From an uncultured Spirochaetota bacterium (GTDB taxonomy: Bacteria > Spirochaetota > UBA4802 > UBA5550): DNA of 64,000 nt. The stretch lies in assembly GCA_963827275.1 (NCBI GenBank), contig CAWHAA010000004.1, forward strand, positions 64,001 to 128,000. Reading direction: 5' to 3'. A program made the position numbers and the translations under genes. Below are positions 9,757-20,173 of this stretch, piece by piece (the stretch's first letter is position 1; the number at the start of each line of letters is the position of its first letter). The notes below the pieces were generated by a model. That model was not told the origin of the DNA and ran no database searches. It was given only the letters and a program-made list of their open reading frames with translations.

Positions 9757-11885
9757 TTGTATCTGAACAGTATGACGCTGACGTCGTTGATCTGCTTCTT
9801 GTCGCCGGTGAACCTGTTCAGGTCGTCATAGAGTATGCGGGCCAGTTCAGACGGGCCCCTGCTGCGGCCGCTCTTGAGGACATTCCTGACGCGGTCGAGC
9901 CCGTAGGTCTGTCCCTGCGGGTTTATGGAGGAGATCAGGCCGTCGGAGCAGAGGATGCCGATGCTGCCCGGCGCCAGCCGGATTGTCTTCGACTCGTACC
10001 TGGAGCCCCGGTCGACTCCCACGGGAACGCCGGTGGTGTCGCAGGCGGTGAATGAGTTATCCATCGGGTTATACATGATAAGCGGCGTGCAGGCCGCGTT
10101 TGAGTAGGTGACGACACCGGAGGGAGACAGCAGGGCGCAGTACGCGGACGCGTATTTGCTGGAAAACCGCGAGGTGGCGACGGCCCAGTTCATGGCGCCG
10201 AGGATCCTGTCCGGGGCGTCGTGCGTCTTCGATGGCGTGTGGAGGACCGTGTACAGCTCCAGCAATATGATGGCGGAATCGATGCCGGAATATGACGAAT
10301 CCGACAGGAAGAGGGCCAGCGCGCCGTCGCCGACCGGCACCGAGTCAAAATAATCTCCGCCGTACGGCGAATTGTTGATGTAAAACGAGCCGATGCGGAA
10401 ATTTTCCAGCTGGCCCATCCGCTGGGGCATTATCCTTTTTTTTACGCTGCTTACCACCATCTGGTCGTGGTCAAGGACCTGGGCTGCCCGCACCCGCTCA
10501 AGCAGAAGCGCGTTGGCAAGCTGCTGCTGGAATTGTATCCGGTACAGTTCCAGCACCTCGATCATCGCCTTGGAATACGCCCTGTTCTTCCCGAGCTGCC
10601 CGAGGGTGAGGAACCCGATGATCTGCCGCTCCGGGTTCAGGAAGGGGAGGATGACCTCCACGTGGTTGCGCTCAAAGTAATCCTTCACGCCGTCCCGGTA
10701 GGGCCGGAAGTTCTCCTCTGAATAGATCGAGGGCTTGTACAGGATGCCCGGGTTCCGCCCTATGAGGTCGGCGAGGGGACCGGCCAGGGTTATCTGCGTG
10801 TCGGTGATCCTGCTCCCGACGCCGTGGGTCACCGAGAACTTCTTGTCATTGTTCATGGAAAGATACAGGTGTGCGCTGCTGATATCGAATTTTTCCGCAA
10901 TGCCGTTCACCAGGGCGCGGAGGTAATCTTCCTGGGCCGTATCGGTTCCCGTGCCGCCCGAAGCCTGCTGGCTGAATAGCCCGTCAACGCGGGCCACCAG
11001 CGAATGATAACCCCGCATCGAGAGGATTTCAAGCCGGGGACGGAGGTATTTGAAAACCAGGAAGAGATAGACGAACAACGACACGGCCACGGCGAGCGGG
11101 GGTACCGGCTCCTCGAGGTATTCCGTGCTGTTGAACGTGAGCGTCAGGAAAGCGGGGACGAAGAGAAGCGCGAGCAGCATGACCCAGTAGAACGCCGTGG
11201 CGAAGAATTTCCTGATATCGATGGTCTTTACGTCGATGGCGGCATAATTCATGATGACAAGGGTGGAGGGATATGCCACGAGCGTTCCGATGGCGGCGAA
11301 CCTCCCGGAAATCCCTTCGTACGGGTAGTAGATTGAGGCCGCGAGGAACGCCGCGAAAAAAATTCCCATGCCGGCCAGGAGGTAGGTCAGGTCGTACCGA
11401 AGCGCCCTGTTCCCATATTCAAAAATCTTGAACACCGTGACGGCGAGCGCGGCCGCCAGGTAGATGGTAATGACCGCGCAATAGACGGGGTACCCGGCGT
11501 CCAGCGCGAGCGCGCCGTCAGGGTCCGTCACGACGGCGCCGGTAACAATAACGACCGCGCTGATTGCGGCCGCCGGCAGGCAGGCCGCGGCTGTCAGCGC
11601 GATGGTCTTCGGTTTCAGGTACGGGTACACCATGACAAAGCAGAAGAAGAGCGCCGCGATGATCATGAGAAGCGATAGTTCCGCCCTCCGCGCCGCCGCG
11701 GCTGGAATAAGACCGGGGGCCGCCATGGCGATTGCCATTATTATAAACAGGGCCGCTGACGTAATGCCGGCGAGGGCCAGCGTGTAATTCGCGGCTGCGC
11801 GCTGTTTTTTCAACAGGTTGTAGCCGAAAACAGCCAGCGAAATGCCCGCTGCCGCGCAAGACAGGATGAGCTCAAGGTACTGCAC
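9753..11885 (-). CDS. multi-TM, GAF-like and SpoIIE/PP2C phosphatase domain protein
   Basis: About 8-9 N-terminal hydrophobic helices. C-terminal GGDYFD, LCSDGL and DDVSV-like (INDVSV) PP2C motifs. Confidence 0.85.
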   Translation of the reverse strand: MQYLELILSCAAAGISLAVFGYNLLKKQRAAANYTLALAGITSAALFIIMAIAMAAPGLIPAAAARRAELSLLMIIAALFFCFVMVYPYLKPKTIALTAAACLPAAAISAVVIVTGAVVTDPDGALALDAGYPVYCAVITIYLAAALAVTVFKIFEYGNRALRYDLTYLLAGMGIFFAAFLAASIYYPYEGISGRFAAIGTLVAYPSTLVIMNYAAIDVKTIDIRKFFATAFYWVMLLALLFVPAFLTLTFNSTEYLEEPVPPLAVAVSLFVYLFLVFKYLRPRLEILSMRGYHSLVARVDGLFSQQASGGTGTDTAQEDYLRALVNGIAEKFDISSAHLYLSMNNDKKFSVTHGVGSRITDTQITLAGPLADLIGRNPGILYKPSIYSEENFRPYRDGVKDYFERNHVEVILPFLNPERQIIGFLTLGQLGKNRAYSKAMIEVLELYRIQFQQQLANALLLERVRAAQVLDHDQMVVSSVKKRIMPQRMGQLENFRIGSFYINNSPYGGDYFDSVPVGDGALALFLSDSSYSGIDSAIILLELYTVLHTPSKTHDAPDRILGAMNWAVATSRFSSKYASAYCALLSPSGVVTYSNAACTPLIMYNPMDNSFTACDTTGVPVGVDRGSRYESKTIRLAPGSIGILCSDGLISSINPQGQTYGLDRVRNVLKSGRSRGPSELARILYDDLNRFTGDKKQINDVSVILFRYK

Positions 11886-12188
11886 GTGTTCTCCGCCTGA
11901 TGAATAATTGTAAACTCCGGCCCGCGGGTGTCTCAGGTGGCTCCCCGCTCTACCGGATTGAGCGAAATATGGCCGGTATTGACTATTATTTCAAGTACTT
12001 ATCTGGCAAAGCGGTATTTTTTCACCAATGCGCCGCCGGTGCTCCTTCCGAGGGGCGATGATACGTGTTTCACAGGAAACGAAAAAAATTTTGTCACGCT
12101 ATCCTCCATATGTGCTACTACAGGGCATCAGCATGAAATGGCGGGAAATATTTCTATGGGCGGTACAGATAAACGGAAAGGCAGGATC

Positions 12189-14087
12189 ATGGCGATTGCC
12201 GTGAAGGTGTTCCTCCCCCTGGCGGCGGTGACGCTCCTGAGTGCCGCGTGCGCGGACGGTCGTATGGCCGGCGGCGCGCCCGCTGCAAAGGGGGGGATAA
12301 TCGATCTGCGCCGCTGGGACTTTTCCCGGGACGGGGCCGCTGCGCTCTCCGGCGAATGGGGGTTTTACTGGGGTAGGCTCCTCCGGGACAGCGGGCCACA
12401 GGACCGCATTGTCCCGGCCGGGCGTATCACGCTGCCGGGGATATGGAACGGGCGACGCGAAAACGGCCGCGTGCTGACCGGCGATGGGTTCGCGACCTAC
12501 GTCCTGAACGTGCTGCTTCCCGCCGGTTGCGGGGAACGGGACAAAAAGCGGCTGGCGCTGAAGCTGCCTGACCTGGGCACGGCATACGCCCTCTTCATAA
12601 ACGGGACGGCAGCGGGCCGCGGCGGTACGGTCGGTGAGTCTGCCGCGACCGCCGCCCCCGGGTTCCGGCCCGACATCATCGAGTGCGTCCCCGAAAATGA
12701 CGAGATCCGCATTGCGCTGCAGGTCTCCAACTTTTATCACCGCAAGGGCGGCGCATGGGAAAAAATATACCTTGGACCTGCCGCACTCCTCCGTGACGCG
12801 AGGGAAAAGCGGCTGGCCGCGGATTTTTTCCTGTTCGGGTCAATTTTCATCATGGGCATGTACCACCTGGTCCTCTTCAGCATGAGAACATGCGACCGGT
12901 CGTTTCTATTTTTCGGACTCTTCTGCCTCCTGATTGCGGCGCGGATAATGGTCACCGGAGAATATTTTGTCCTCCGCATTGTTCCCTGGCTCCCCTGGGG
13001 CGCGATCATCGGCGCCGAGTATATCACTTTCTACGCCGGTGTGCCGGTTTTTTTCCTGTTTCTCGGCTCCCTCTTCCCCGGGGAATTTTCCGGGAGGGTG
13101 CTCGTCTTCACCCTCGCGGCCGGCGGCGCGCTGTGCGCGCTCGTCATTGCCGCACCGCCGCGATGCTACACGCGTTCCCTGCAGCCGTTCCAGGTCCTCT
13201 CTGTCTGCGTCTGCCTGTACGGGCTGCTGGTCCTGGCGCGCGCCGGGTACCGGAAGAGGGAGGGGGCGGCGCCGTTCATAGCGGGGTTTATCATCCTCTT
13301 CGCCACGGTCATCAATGACTTTCTTCAGAGCAACATGGTGATGCAGACCGGCTACCTGGTCCCCGCCGGCCTCTTTGGCTTTATCTTTTCCCAGTCGTTT
13401 TTTCTTTCCCTGCGCTATACGGGCACCATGGCGGCGGTGGAGCGGCTTGCCCGTGAGAATGCCGAGGCCAGGTACACCCTCCTCCAGAAGAGGATGAGCC
13501 CCCATTTTGTTTTCAACGCGCTCAATACTGTCCATTCGCTGATCAAAAGGAGCCCAGACCGGGCGGACCGGGCGGTCATCATGCTCGCGGATAATTACCG
13601 GTTCCTGCTCGATCATTCGTTCCATCCCCTGGTGCCGTTCGATACGGAATGGCGCTTTGTGGAGAATTACCTCAAGTTCGAGGAGCTCAGGTTCAGCGAT
13701 ACGGTGTCGGCGATCATGGAGCGGAGGGGCGACTTTTCAGCAATCGTGATTCCGCCCTTATCGATACAGCCGCTTGTGGAAAATGCGCTGAAGCACGGGA
13801 TGATGCGCGGCACCGGCCACGGCGTGGTCAGCCTTGCGGCGGTGTCCCGGGACGGCGTTCTCAGCGTCGTGGTGCGGGACAACGGCCCCGGGCTCGACCC
13901 GCGGTGCCATCTCTTCTCCCGGTCGCTCGGGAACATACGGAAGAGGCTCGCGCACTACTTCGCGGACGTTGCGCTTGACGTGGAGAACGCGCGGGAGGGC
14001 GGCCTGCTGGTGCGCCTCTCGTTCCGGTACACGGCCGGCGGGACAGTGACGGCTGACGCCGAAACGGGGTGTGCACATGGCTCCTGA
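12189..14087 (+). CDS. 7TM-DISM sensor histidine kinase, LytS family
   Basis: LSGEWGFYW and GFATY 7TM-DISM extracellular motifs, multiple TM helices, MSPHFVFNALN H-box, IQPLVENALKHG and DNGPG. Start codon uncertain. Confidence 0.87.
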   Translation: MAIAVKVFLPLAAVTLLSAACADGRMAGGAPAAKGGIIDLRRWDFSRDGAAALSGEWGFYWGRLLRDSGPQDRIVPAGRITLPGIWNGRRENGRVLTGDGFATYVLNVLLPAGCGERDKKRLALKLPDLGTAYALFINGTAAGRGGTVGESAATAAPGFRPDIIECVPENDEIRIALQVSNFYHRKGGAWEKIYLGPAALLRDAREKRLAADFFLFGSIFIMGMYHLVLFSMRTCDRSFLFFGLFCLLIAARIMVTGEYFVLRIVPWLPWGAIIGAEYITFYAGVPVFFLFLGSLFPGEFSGRVLVFTLAAGGALCALVIAAPPRCYTRSLQPFQVLSVCVCLYGLLVLARAGYRKREGAAPFIAGFIILFATVINDFLQSNMVMQTGYLVPAGLFGFIFSQSFFLSLRYTGTMAAVERLARENAEARYTLLQKRMSPHFVFNALNTVHSLIKRSPDRADRAVIMLADNYRFLLDHSFHPLVPFDTEWRFVENYLKFEELRFSDTVSAIMERRGDFSAIVIPPLSIQPLVENALKHGMMRGTGHGVVSLAAVSRDGVLSVVVRDNGPGLDPRCHLFSRSLGNIRKRLAHYFADVALDVENAREGGLLVRLSFRYTAGGTVTADAETGCAHGS

Positions 14088-14808
14088 CGAACTATATTCC
14101 GTGCTCATCATCGAGGATGAACTGCCGGCCCGCGAGCTCCTGGTGGATTACCTGACGGCCCGCCCCGAGCTCAAGCTCGCGGGGGTCGCGAAAAGCGGCG
14201 AGGAGGCGCTTCGAAAATTATCGAACGGCGACTATGACCTTGCGTTCCTGGACATCCGCCTTCCGCTCATGTCTGGCATCCAGGTGATTGAAGGGCTGGC
14301 GAAGGCCCCCTACCTGGTGGTCACCACCGCGTACGAAGAGTATGCGCTCCGCGCCTTCGAGGTGGGTGCGGCGGACTATTTATTGAAGCCGTTCACCGCC
14401 GATCGTTTCAACCGTTCGGTTGACAGGTTCCTGAGAGAACGCGCGGCCGGGCGGCAGGGCCCCGCGGCGACCGCCGGCGGGTTCCCGGTCAGGGAGCGGG
14501 GACGTCACTGCATTCTGCCATATCGTGACATCATGTATGTCTCGTCGAACGGGAAAAATTCCGTCATACACACGGCGGACGGAACAATAGAAACGCCGGT
14601 CATCCTGAAAAAAATCGAAGACATCGTGCCGGCGGACTCGTTCATGAGGATACACAGGCAGCATATCGTGAACATGCACTGTATCGCCGCGCTGCAGTAC
14701 TATATAGGGGGGCAGTATATCGCCTACCTGAATGACGGCGACGAGAGCCCGCTCCCGGTCGGGAAAAAATACGCCGCGCTCCTGAAATCAAGGCTCAATC
14801 TCGAGTAG
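14077..14808 (+). CDS. LytTR family response regulator
   Basis: IEDE, FLDIRLP and KPF receiver motifs; FMRIHRQHIVN LytTR motif; overlaps the kinase. Confidence 0.92.
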   Translation: MAPDELYSVLIIEDELPARELLVDYLTARPELKLAGVAKSGEEALRKLSNGDYDLAFLDIRLPLMSGIQVIEGLAKAPYLVVTTAYEEYALRAFEVGAADYLLKPFTADRFNRSVDRFLRERAAGRQGPAATAGGFPVRERGRHCILPYRDIMYVSSNGKNSVIHTADGTIETPVILKKIEDIVPADSFMRIHRQHIVNMHCIAALQYYIGGQYIAYLNDGDESPLPVGKKYAALLKSRLNLE

Positions 14809-14940
14809 ATATCCCCGCCGGTATCCGGCGTCAGGAATTATCCTTGCAAAAGAAACAAGGCTGACAGCATGGTAGTATATCTGGCCGGCACGCAGTAAAA
14901 GAAAGCATTATACAACCGCCGGCAGAGGGGAGCGCCTCCC

Positions 14941-16368
14941 ATGAGGATAGTCCTTGTACATCCCGCCGGGTCGAACTGGATCAGGGGGAAAGAAGACCTT
15001 GCGGCGGTCGCAAACCGGATGGCCCCGATCGGACTCCTGTCAATCGCGGCGTTCCTGGAGCGGCACGGTCATGAGGTTTTTGTGCACGACTGCCTCGGGC
15101 CCGGTGCCGCCCGCGGCGCGGAGGAGAATGTCGCGCGGGTACTCGCCCTCGGGCCGGACCTCGTGGGTTTTTCCGCAACCACCTCGGGGTTTCTGGACGG
15201 CTGCCGCATGGCCTCCCTGGTAAAAGAATCCCGGCCGGAGGTCCTCACCGTGTTCGGCGGCGTGCACATATCCGCCCTGGGCGCCCCGCTCCTTGAACGG
15301 CATGCTGAAATTGATTACCTCTGCCTCGGTGAGGGGGAGGTCACCCTGTCGGAGCTGACCGACGGCCGCACGCCCAAATCGATCGATGGGCTGGCGTGGC
15401 GCGAGGGGGACAGGGCCGTTGCAAATCCGCCGCGGGAGCATGTCAGGGATCTTGACTCGCTCCCCTTCCCGGCGTATGAGAAGCTCGCCGGCTTCCCCGG
15501 CGGCTACAACCTCCCCCTGTTCAGCTATGCCAGAACGCCGGGGGCCACCATGATCACGAGCCGCGGGTGTCCCTACCAGTGCTCCTACTGCGACCGGTCG
15601 GTTTTCAAAAAGGGGTTCCGTTACAATTCGGCGGGCTACATCTACGACCACATGCAGCACCTCCGCACAAGGTTCGGCGTGCGCCATATCAATATCTACG
15701 ACGACCTCTTTACCCTGAACCGCGCCCGCATCGAGGAGCTGTGCGGCCACCTGATCTCACGGCCCCTGGGGATACAGTTCAACTGCGCCGTCCGTGTCGG
15801 ATACGCTGACGATGATTTGCTCGGCATGCTGAAAAAGGCCGGGTGCCTGATGGTGTCGGTGGGGATCGAGTCCGCCGATCCGGAGATGCTCAGGCGGCAC
15901 AAGGCCGGCGTTTCCCTTGACGCGGTGCGCGACACGGTGGCGCGGATAAAGAAGAGCGGCCTGCGCGCCAAGGGGCTTTTCATGATGGGGCTCCCGGGCG
16001 AGACCGAGGGATCGATACGCGCGACAAGCGATTTCGTCATGTCGCTCGGGCTTGACGATATGAACATGGCGAAGTTCACGCCCTTCCCCGGCGCGCCGAT
16101 CTGGGACGGCATAAAGAGTGAGGGGGTGCTCGAAAACGACTGGCAGCAGATGAACTGCCTGAACTTCGTGTTTGTGCCGCATGGCATCGCGTCCCGTGAG
16201 CGCCTCGACTACCTCTATAATGAGCATGTGAAGCGCTTCTATTCCAGCCCCGAGTGGCGTCACCGGTTCGTGAAGCGTCTCTGGCAGCACCGGTGGAGCC
16301 TCTGGTATCTCATGAAGCACCTGCCGACCTTCGCGCGGGCCAGGAAGAATTTCGAGCCGAAGGAGTGA
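14941..16368 (+). CDS. B12-binding radical SAM protein
   Basis: N-terminal cobalamin-binding domain (PIGLLSIAA, GGVH, GEGE) and SRGCPYQCSYC. Confidence 0.9.
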   Translation: MRIVLVHPAGSNWIRGKEDLAAVANRMAPIGLLSIAAFLERHGHEVFVHDCLGPGAARGAEENVARVLALGPDLVGFSATTSGFLDGCRMASLVKESRPEVLTVFGGVHISALGAPLLERHAEIDYLCLGEGEVTLSELTDGRTPKSIDGLAWREGDRAVANPPREHVRDLDSLPFPAYEKLAGFPGGYNLPLFSYARTPGATMITSRGCPYQCSYCDRSVFKKGFRYNSAGYIYDHMQHLRTRFGVRHINIYDDLFTLNRARIEELCGHLISRPLGIQFNCAVRVGYADDDLLGMLKKAGCLMVSVGIESADPEMLRRHKAGVSLDAVRDTVARIKKSGLRAKGLFMMGLPGETEGSIRATSDFVMSLGLDDMNMAKFTPFPGAPIWDGIKSEGVLENDWQQMNCLNFVFVPHGIASRERLDYLYNEHVKRFYSSPEWRHRFVKRLWQHRWSLWYLMKHLPTFARARKNFEPKE

Positions 16369-16518
16369 TGCGGGACCGGTTCATTGATGATACTGTCTAT
16401 GGTGCCGGGCGCTCCTTTCGACGCGGGTCCCTCACAGAACCATCCTTTCATAAAATCATTGCCGTATTCATAAAAATTTTACTTGCCATTATAAAACTCC
16501 TGTACCCGAATACTTGTA

Positions 16519-17880
16519 ATGGATGACATTAAACTATTGATCGGCCGGCTTCTGTCCGGCCCCGGGGCGCCGAAGAAAGAATACATCTCCGGTGGCCATA
16601 GCTATGCAGACGTTTACGCCATGGCGGCGGGCCTGCTCGGGCAATTTGCTGCGCCGGAAACCGGCGGCGCGCCGGTCTGTCTCGGCACAGAGGACCACGG
16701 GATCATCGCCGCCGCGCTTCTTGCATCGCTCGCGGGCGGGCCGGTGTTCGTGCTCCCGTATTCGCTTTCGCCGCAGGCGCTTGAAGAGGCCCGCTCCGCG
16801 CTCGGCTTCAGCCATGCCGTCATTGATCGGCCGCTCGACATGCCGTCAGGCGTGACCGCGGTGACGCCGGCGCGCGGCGACTGGTCAGCCCGGCGACCCG
16901 GCGCGGCCCGGGACATGGACGCGGTATTCATGAAGCTTTTTACCGGCGGCTCTACCGGCGCACCGAAGGTATGGTCGAAGACGCCGGTCAACCTGTTCGC
17001 CGAAGCCTCGTACCAGGCGGATAAATACCGCTTCAGCGCGGAAGACCTGGTGGCGGCGACCGTGCCGCCCTATCATATCTACGGGCTCCTCTATACGGTC
17101 ATGGGGCCCTTCCTCGGGGCCTCGACCGTTTTGCCCGGTACCTATGTCTTTCCCCGGGAAATCGCCGCGATCCTGAGAGACAGGCCGGTCACCATCCTGG
17201 TGAGCGTGCCGGTGCATTACCGGGTGCTGAAAGGCACGGAGCTCATCGCGCCGAAGCTCAGGCTCGCCTTTTCCTCGGCGGGCCCGCTGGATCAAGACGA
17301 TGCCGCCGCCTTTTACAGACAGACCGGCGTGGGCCCTGAGGAGATCTATGGGTCCACCGAGACGGGGGGCATTGCCTGCAAGTCGTCGGCCACGGGCAGG
17401 GACCTGCTCGAGCCGTTCGAGTGCCTCGAGTGGAAAATAGGCCACGACCGCCTCTGTGTCAGGTCGCCCTTCGTGTCGCCCGACCTCCCGGTGGACGCGC
17501 ACGGCTTTTACGTCACCGGCGACCGCGCCGCGGCCGCGGGGGGCGGGCGCATCACCCTGCTCGGCAGGGCGGACGGCGTGGTCAAGGTGGGAGGAAAACG
17601 GGTTGATTTAAACGAGGTGCAGGAAAAGATAAAAAAGATCCCGGAGGTCCGCGACGCGTTCCTGGTTTCCATGAGCGGACACAGGGGACGGGGGACGGAG
17701 ATCGCCGCGGTCATCGAGACCGACCTCTGGGAAGACGAGGTGCGGCTGGTCCTGTCGAAAGTACTTGAACAGTACGCATTTCCCCGGAGGATCAGGACCG
17801 TGGTAAAAATGCCCTCCACGTCGACCGGGAAGTATGACCGCGAGGCAATCATGAAGCTGTTTGACACAGAACGGGACTAG
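16519..17880 (+). CDS. AMP-dependent acyl-CoA/acyl-ACP synthetase
   Basis: FTGGSTGAPK, YGSTETGG, TGD, GRAD and STGKYD adenylation motifs; TVPPYHIYG resembles the ligases of aryl-polyene clusters. Confidence 0.88.
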   Translation: MDDIKLLIGRLLSGPGAPKKEYISGGHSYADVYAMAAGLLGQFAAPETGGAPVCLGTEDHGIIAAALLASLAGGPVFVLPYSLSPQALEEARSALGFSHAVIDRPLDMPSGVTAVTPARGDWSARRPGAARDMDAVFMKLFTGGSTGAPKVWSKTPVNLFAEASYQADKYRFSAEDLVAATVPPYHIYGLLYTVMGPFLGASTVLPGTYVFPREIAAILRDRPVTILVSVPVHYRVLKGTELIAPKLRLAFSSAGPLDQDDAAAFYRQTGVGPEEIYGSTETGGIACKSSATGRDLLEPFECLEWKIGHDRLCVRSPFVSPDLPVDAHGFYVTGDRAAAAGGGRITLLGRADGVVKVGGKRVDLNEVQEKIKKIPEVRDAFLVSMSGHRGRGTEIAAVIETDLWEDEVRLVLSKVLEQYAFPRRIRTVVKMPSTSTGKYDREAIMKLFDTERD

Positions 17881-17891
17881 GGGGAGACGCC

Positions 17892-18806
17892 ATGGAAGGG
17901 AAAACCGTATACATGTTCCCGGGCCAGGGATCGCAGTCGGTGGGGATGCGGGCGAAACTCGGGGCCATGACCTCGGAGCAGAAGGAGATTTTCAGCGCCG
18001 CCGATTACCTCCTCGGCTTTTCCCTGAGCGCGCTGATCGACAATGGCCCCGACCAGGAGCTGACCCGCACCTCCAATACGCAGCCGGCCCTGCTCGTCAT
18101 GGGGCTCGCCTTCGGCATGGCGCTTGATGCGCGCGGGCACCGGGCGGACATGGTCATGGGACATTCACTCGGGGAATACGCCGCCCTGGCGCACGCCGGG
18201 GTGATAGAATTCAAGGACGCGGTGCGGATCGTGCGGAAGCGCGGCGAGCTCATGGAAAAGGCGGTAAAGAACGCGCCGGGCACCATGGCGGCGGTCATCG
18301 GTGCGGACCGGGCATGGCTTGAGTCAATCATAGCGGAGTGCGCGCGGGACGGTGTCATCGAGATCGCAAATTATAATTCCCCGCAGCAGGTGGTTATCTC
18401 CGGCGAGACCGCCGCGGTAAACCGGGCGATGGGCGCTATAAATGAAAGCGGGAGCGCGAAGGCGGTGGCCCTCAACGTGTCAGCGCCGTTTCACTCGTCG
18501 CTTATGAAGCCGGCGGCGGAGGAGTTCGGCCGTTTCCTCGCGGAGTACGAGTTCCGCGCGCTGCGCGCCGAATTCATCGACAACGTCACCGGCATGAGGG
18601 AAGACGACCCGGCAATGATACGGCAGAAGCTGGTGCGCCAGCTCTCGAGCCCGGTACAGTGGGAAAAATCGGTGCGGGCCGCGCGCGAGGCCGGGGCCGC
18701 GACCTTCATTGAATCCGGCCCGGGGACCGTGCTGGCAGGGCTCGTGAAGCGCATCGTCACCGGGTGTAACATTGCTTCAGGCGAAAAGATTTTAAAGGAG
18801 GGGTGA
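17892..18806 (+). CDS. fabD: malonyl-CoA:ACP transacylase
   Basis: FPGQGSQ, TQPA, GHSLGE, SAPFHS and PVQW. Confidence 0.95.
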   Translation: MEGKTVYMFPGQGSQSVGMRAKLGAMTSEQKEIFSAADYLLGFSLSALIDNGPDQELTRTSNTQPALLVMGLAFGMALDARGHRADMVMGHSLGEYAALAHAGVIEFKDAVRIVRKRGELMEKAVKNAPGTMAAVIGADRAWLESIIAECARDGVIEIANYNSPQQVVISGETAAVNRAMGAINESGSAKAVALNVSAPFHSSLMKPAAEEFGRFLAEYEFRALRAEFIDNVTGMREDDPAMIRQKLVRQLSSPVQWEKSVRAAREAGAATFIESGPGTVLAGLVKRIVTGCNIASGEKILKEG

Positions 18807-18807
18807 T

Positions 18808-19407
18808 TCAGTCGCCCTCTTTCTCTATCGGTGATACCCCTTTTTTCCTTTCGAGCAGGCTTCTGATATTTTTCCGGTGGTTGTAGATGATGAGGAGCAT
18901 GGTAAGCGCCGAGCCGGCAATGGCGCCGGGCCGGTACCCGCACGCGGCGATTGTGCTGATTGCCAGGACCGCGACCATCACGAACGAGGCGATGAAGGGC
19001 TCCCGCCGGTACAGGTACGCCAGCACCCACGCGAACGCCGAAACCGCCGCCCCCGCGGGGGTGATGACCGCGGTAAACCCGAGATAATTGGCCACACCCT
19101 TGCCGCCCCTGAACCCGTGGAAGCAGGGATAGCTGTTTCCGATGATGAGGGCAAGCCCCGCCCAGGTCACCTGGCCCGGGGAGAGGGCGTAGTCCGCCAG
19201 CAGCGCGACAAGGACTGCCCTGCCCACGTCGAGCAGGAGCACGGCCGCGGCCCAGGGCGGCCCGGCCTGCCGGTATACGTTGGTCACGCCCGCGTTGCCG
19301 CTGTAGCTCTTGCGCGGGTCCCCCTTGCCGAGGAAGCCGAACAGGAGAATGGCGAAGTTCACCGACCCGGCAAGGTAGGCGATTATCATGATAAGGATTA
19401 ATTTCAT
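18808..19407 (-). CDS. plsY: glycerol-3-phosphate acyltransferase PlsY-like
   Basis: YLAGS, SGNAGVTNV, FRGGKGVA and HRKNI motifs; multi-TM. Confidence 0.88.
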   Translation of the reverse strand: MKLILIMIIAYLAGSVNFAILLFGFLGKGDPRKSYSGNAGVTNVYRQAGPPWAAAVLLLDVGRAVLVALLADYALSPGQVTWAGLALIIGNSYPCFHGFRGGKGVANYLGFTAVITPAGAAVSAFAWVLAYLYRREPFIASFVMVAVLAISTIAACGYRPGAIAGSALTMLLIIYNHRKNIRSLLERKKGVSPIEKEGD

Positions 19408-19559
19408 GGTGTTTCAGTATGATATTGCGGGCAGGAAATTTCAAGAAATAATTTATGTAAAAAATATTATATATCCCGAATAAAATTATTGTAAAAATAT
19501 TTTAAAACGTGATACTAAGGAATAATAAATTAAAATTGCATATCTATGGTGGGGGGATT

Positions 19560-20147
19560 ATGAAGAGTTTATTATGGATTCCGATTGTGTCTTTATTCTT
19601 TGCCGGCTGCGGCTTTAAAGTGGTTGTCAGCAATGATCCTTTTAAAAAGGCCACTGTTGTCACCGCGGATATGTGGCATAAGGTCATTGATAGCAAGATC
19701 GACAATCAGCGGGTGATATATCAAAAAGAAATAGTCAATGGAAAAATTTCTAACCCGACTGTGAGTTTCGAATTTTCAGCGGCAATAGGGGATATGGTAG
19801 GTTACCATTACCATGGCGAGCCTCTGGGTAATGACGTGTATGTACTATGCGATGCAAATAATTTTAAAGTCAAATTGCTTGATAATAACATTATTACAAG
19901 CACTCATTTCGGAAGGCAGGAAAATACCGATTCGAAGGGCAATGTTAATACGGTCGTGAATATAGGGCATTCCGGCTATTTATCTGGCAAGATTATATTA
20001 ACGCAAGATATTCAGCAGGCGATATTGAACTGTGCAAATTATCAGATACGCTTTACGGTAGGGAATAATTATATAACCCTGAATGCAACATCTTCTCAAT
20101 TAAAGGCAGTAAAGGAATTCCTGTTAACAAATAAAGCGGTGAATTAA
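19560..20147 (+). CDS. hypothetical lipoprotein (AT-rich gene)
   Basis: Signal peptide with lipobox FAG-C; G-rich RBS upstream; visibly more AT-rich than its neighbours. Confidence 0.7.
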   Translation: MKSLLWIPIVSLFFAGCGFKVVVSNDPFKKATVVTADMWHKVIDSKIDNQRVIYQKEIVNGKISNPTVSFEFSAAIGDMVGYHYHGEPLGNDVYVLCDANNFKVKLLDNNIITSTHFGRQENTDSKGNVNTVVNIGHSGYLSGKIILTQDIQQAILNCANYQIRFTVGNNYITLNATSSQLKAVKEFLLTNKAVN

Positions 20148-20173
20148 CATATCTTCTTATTGAAGTATCTGTC

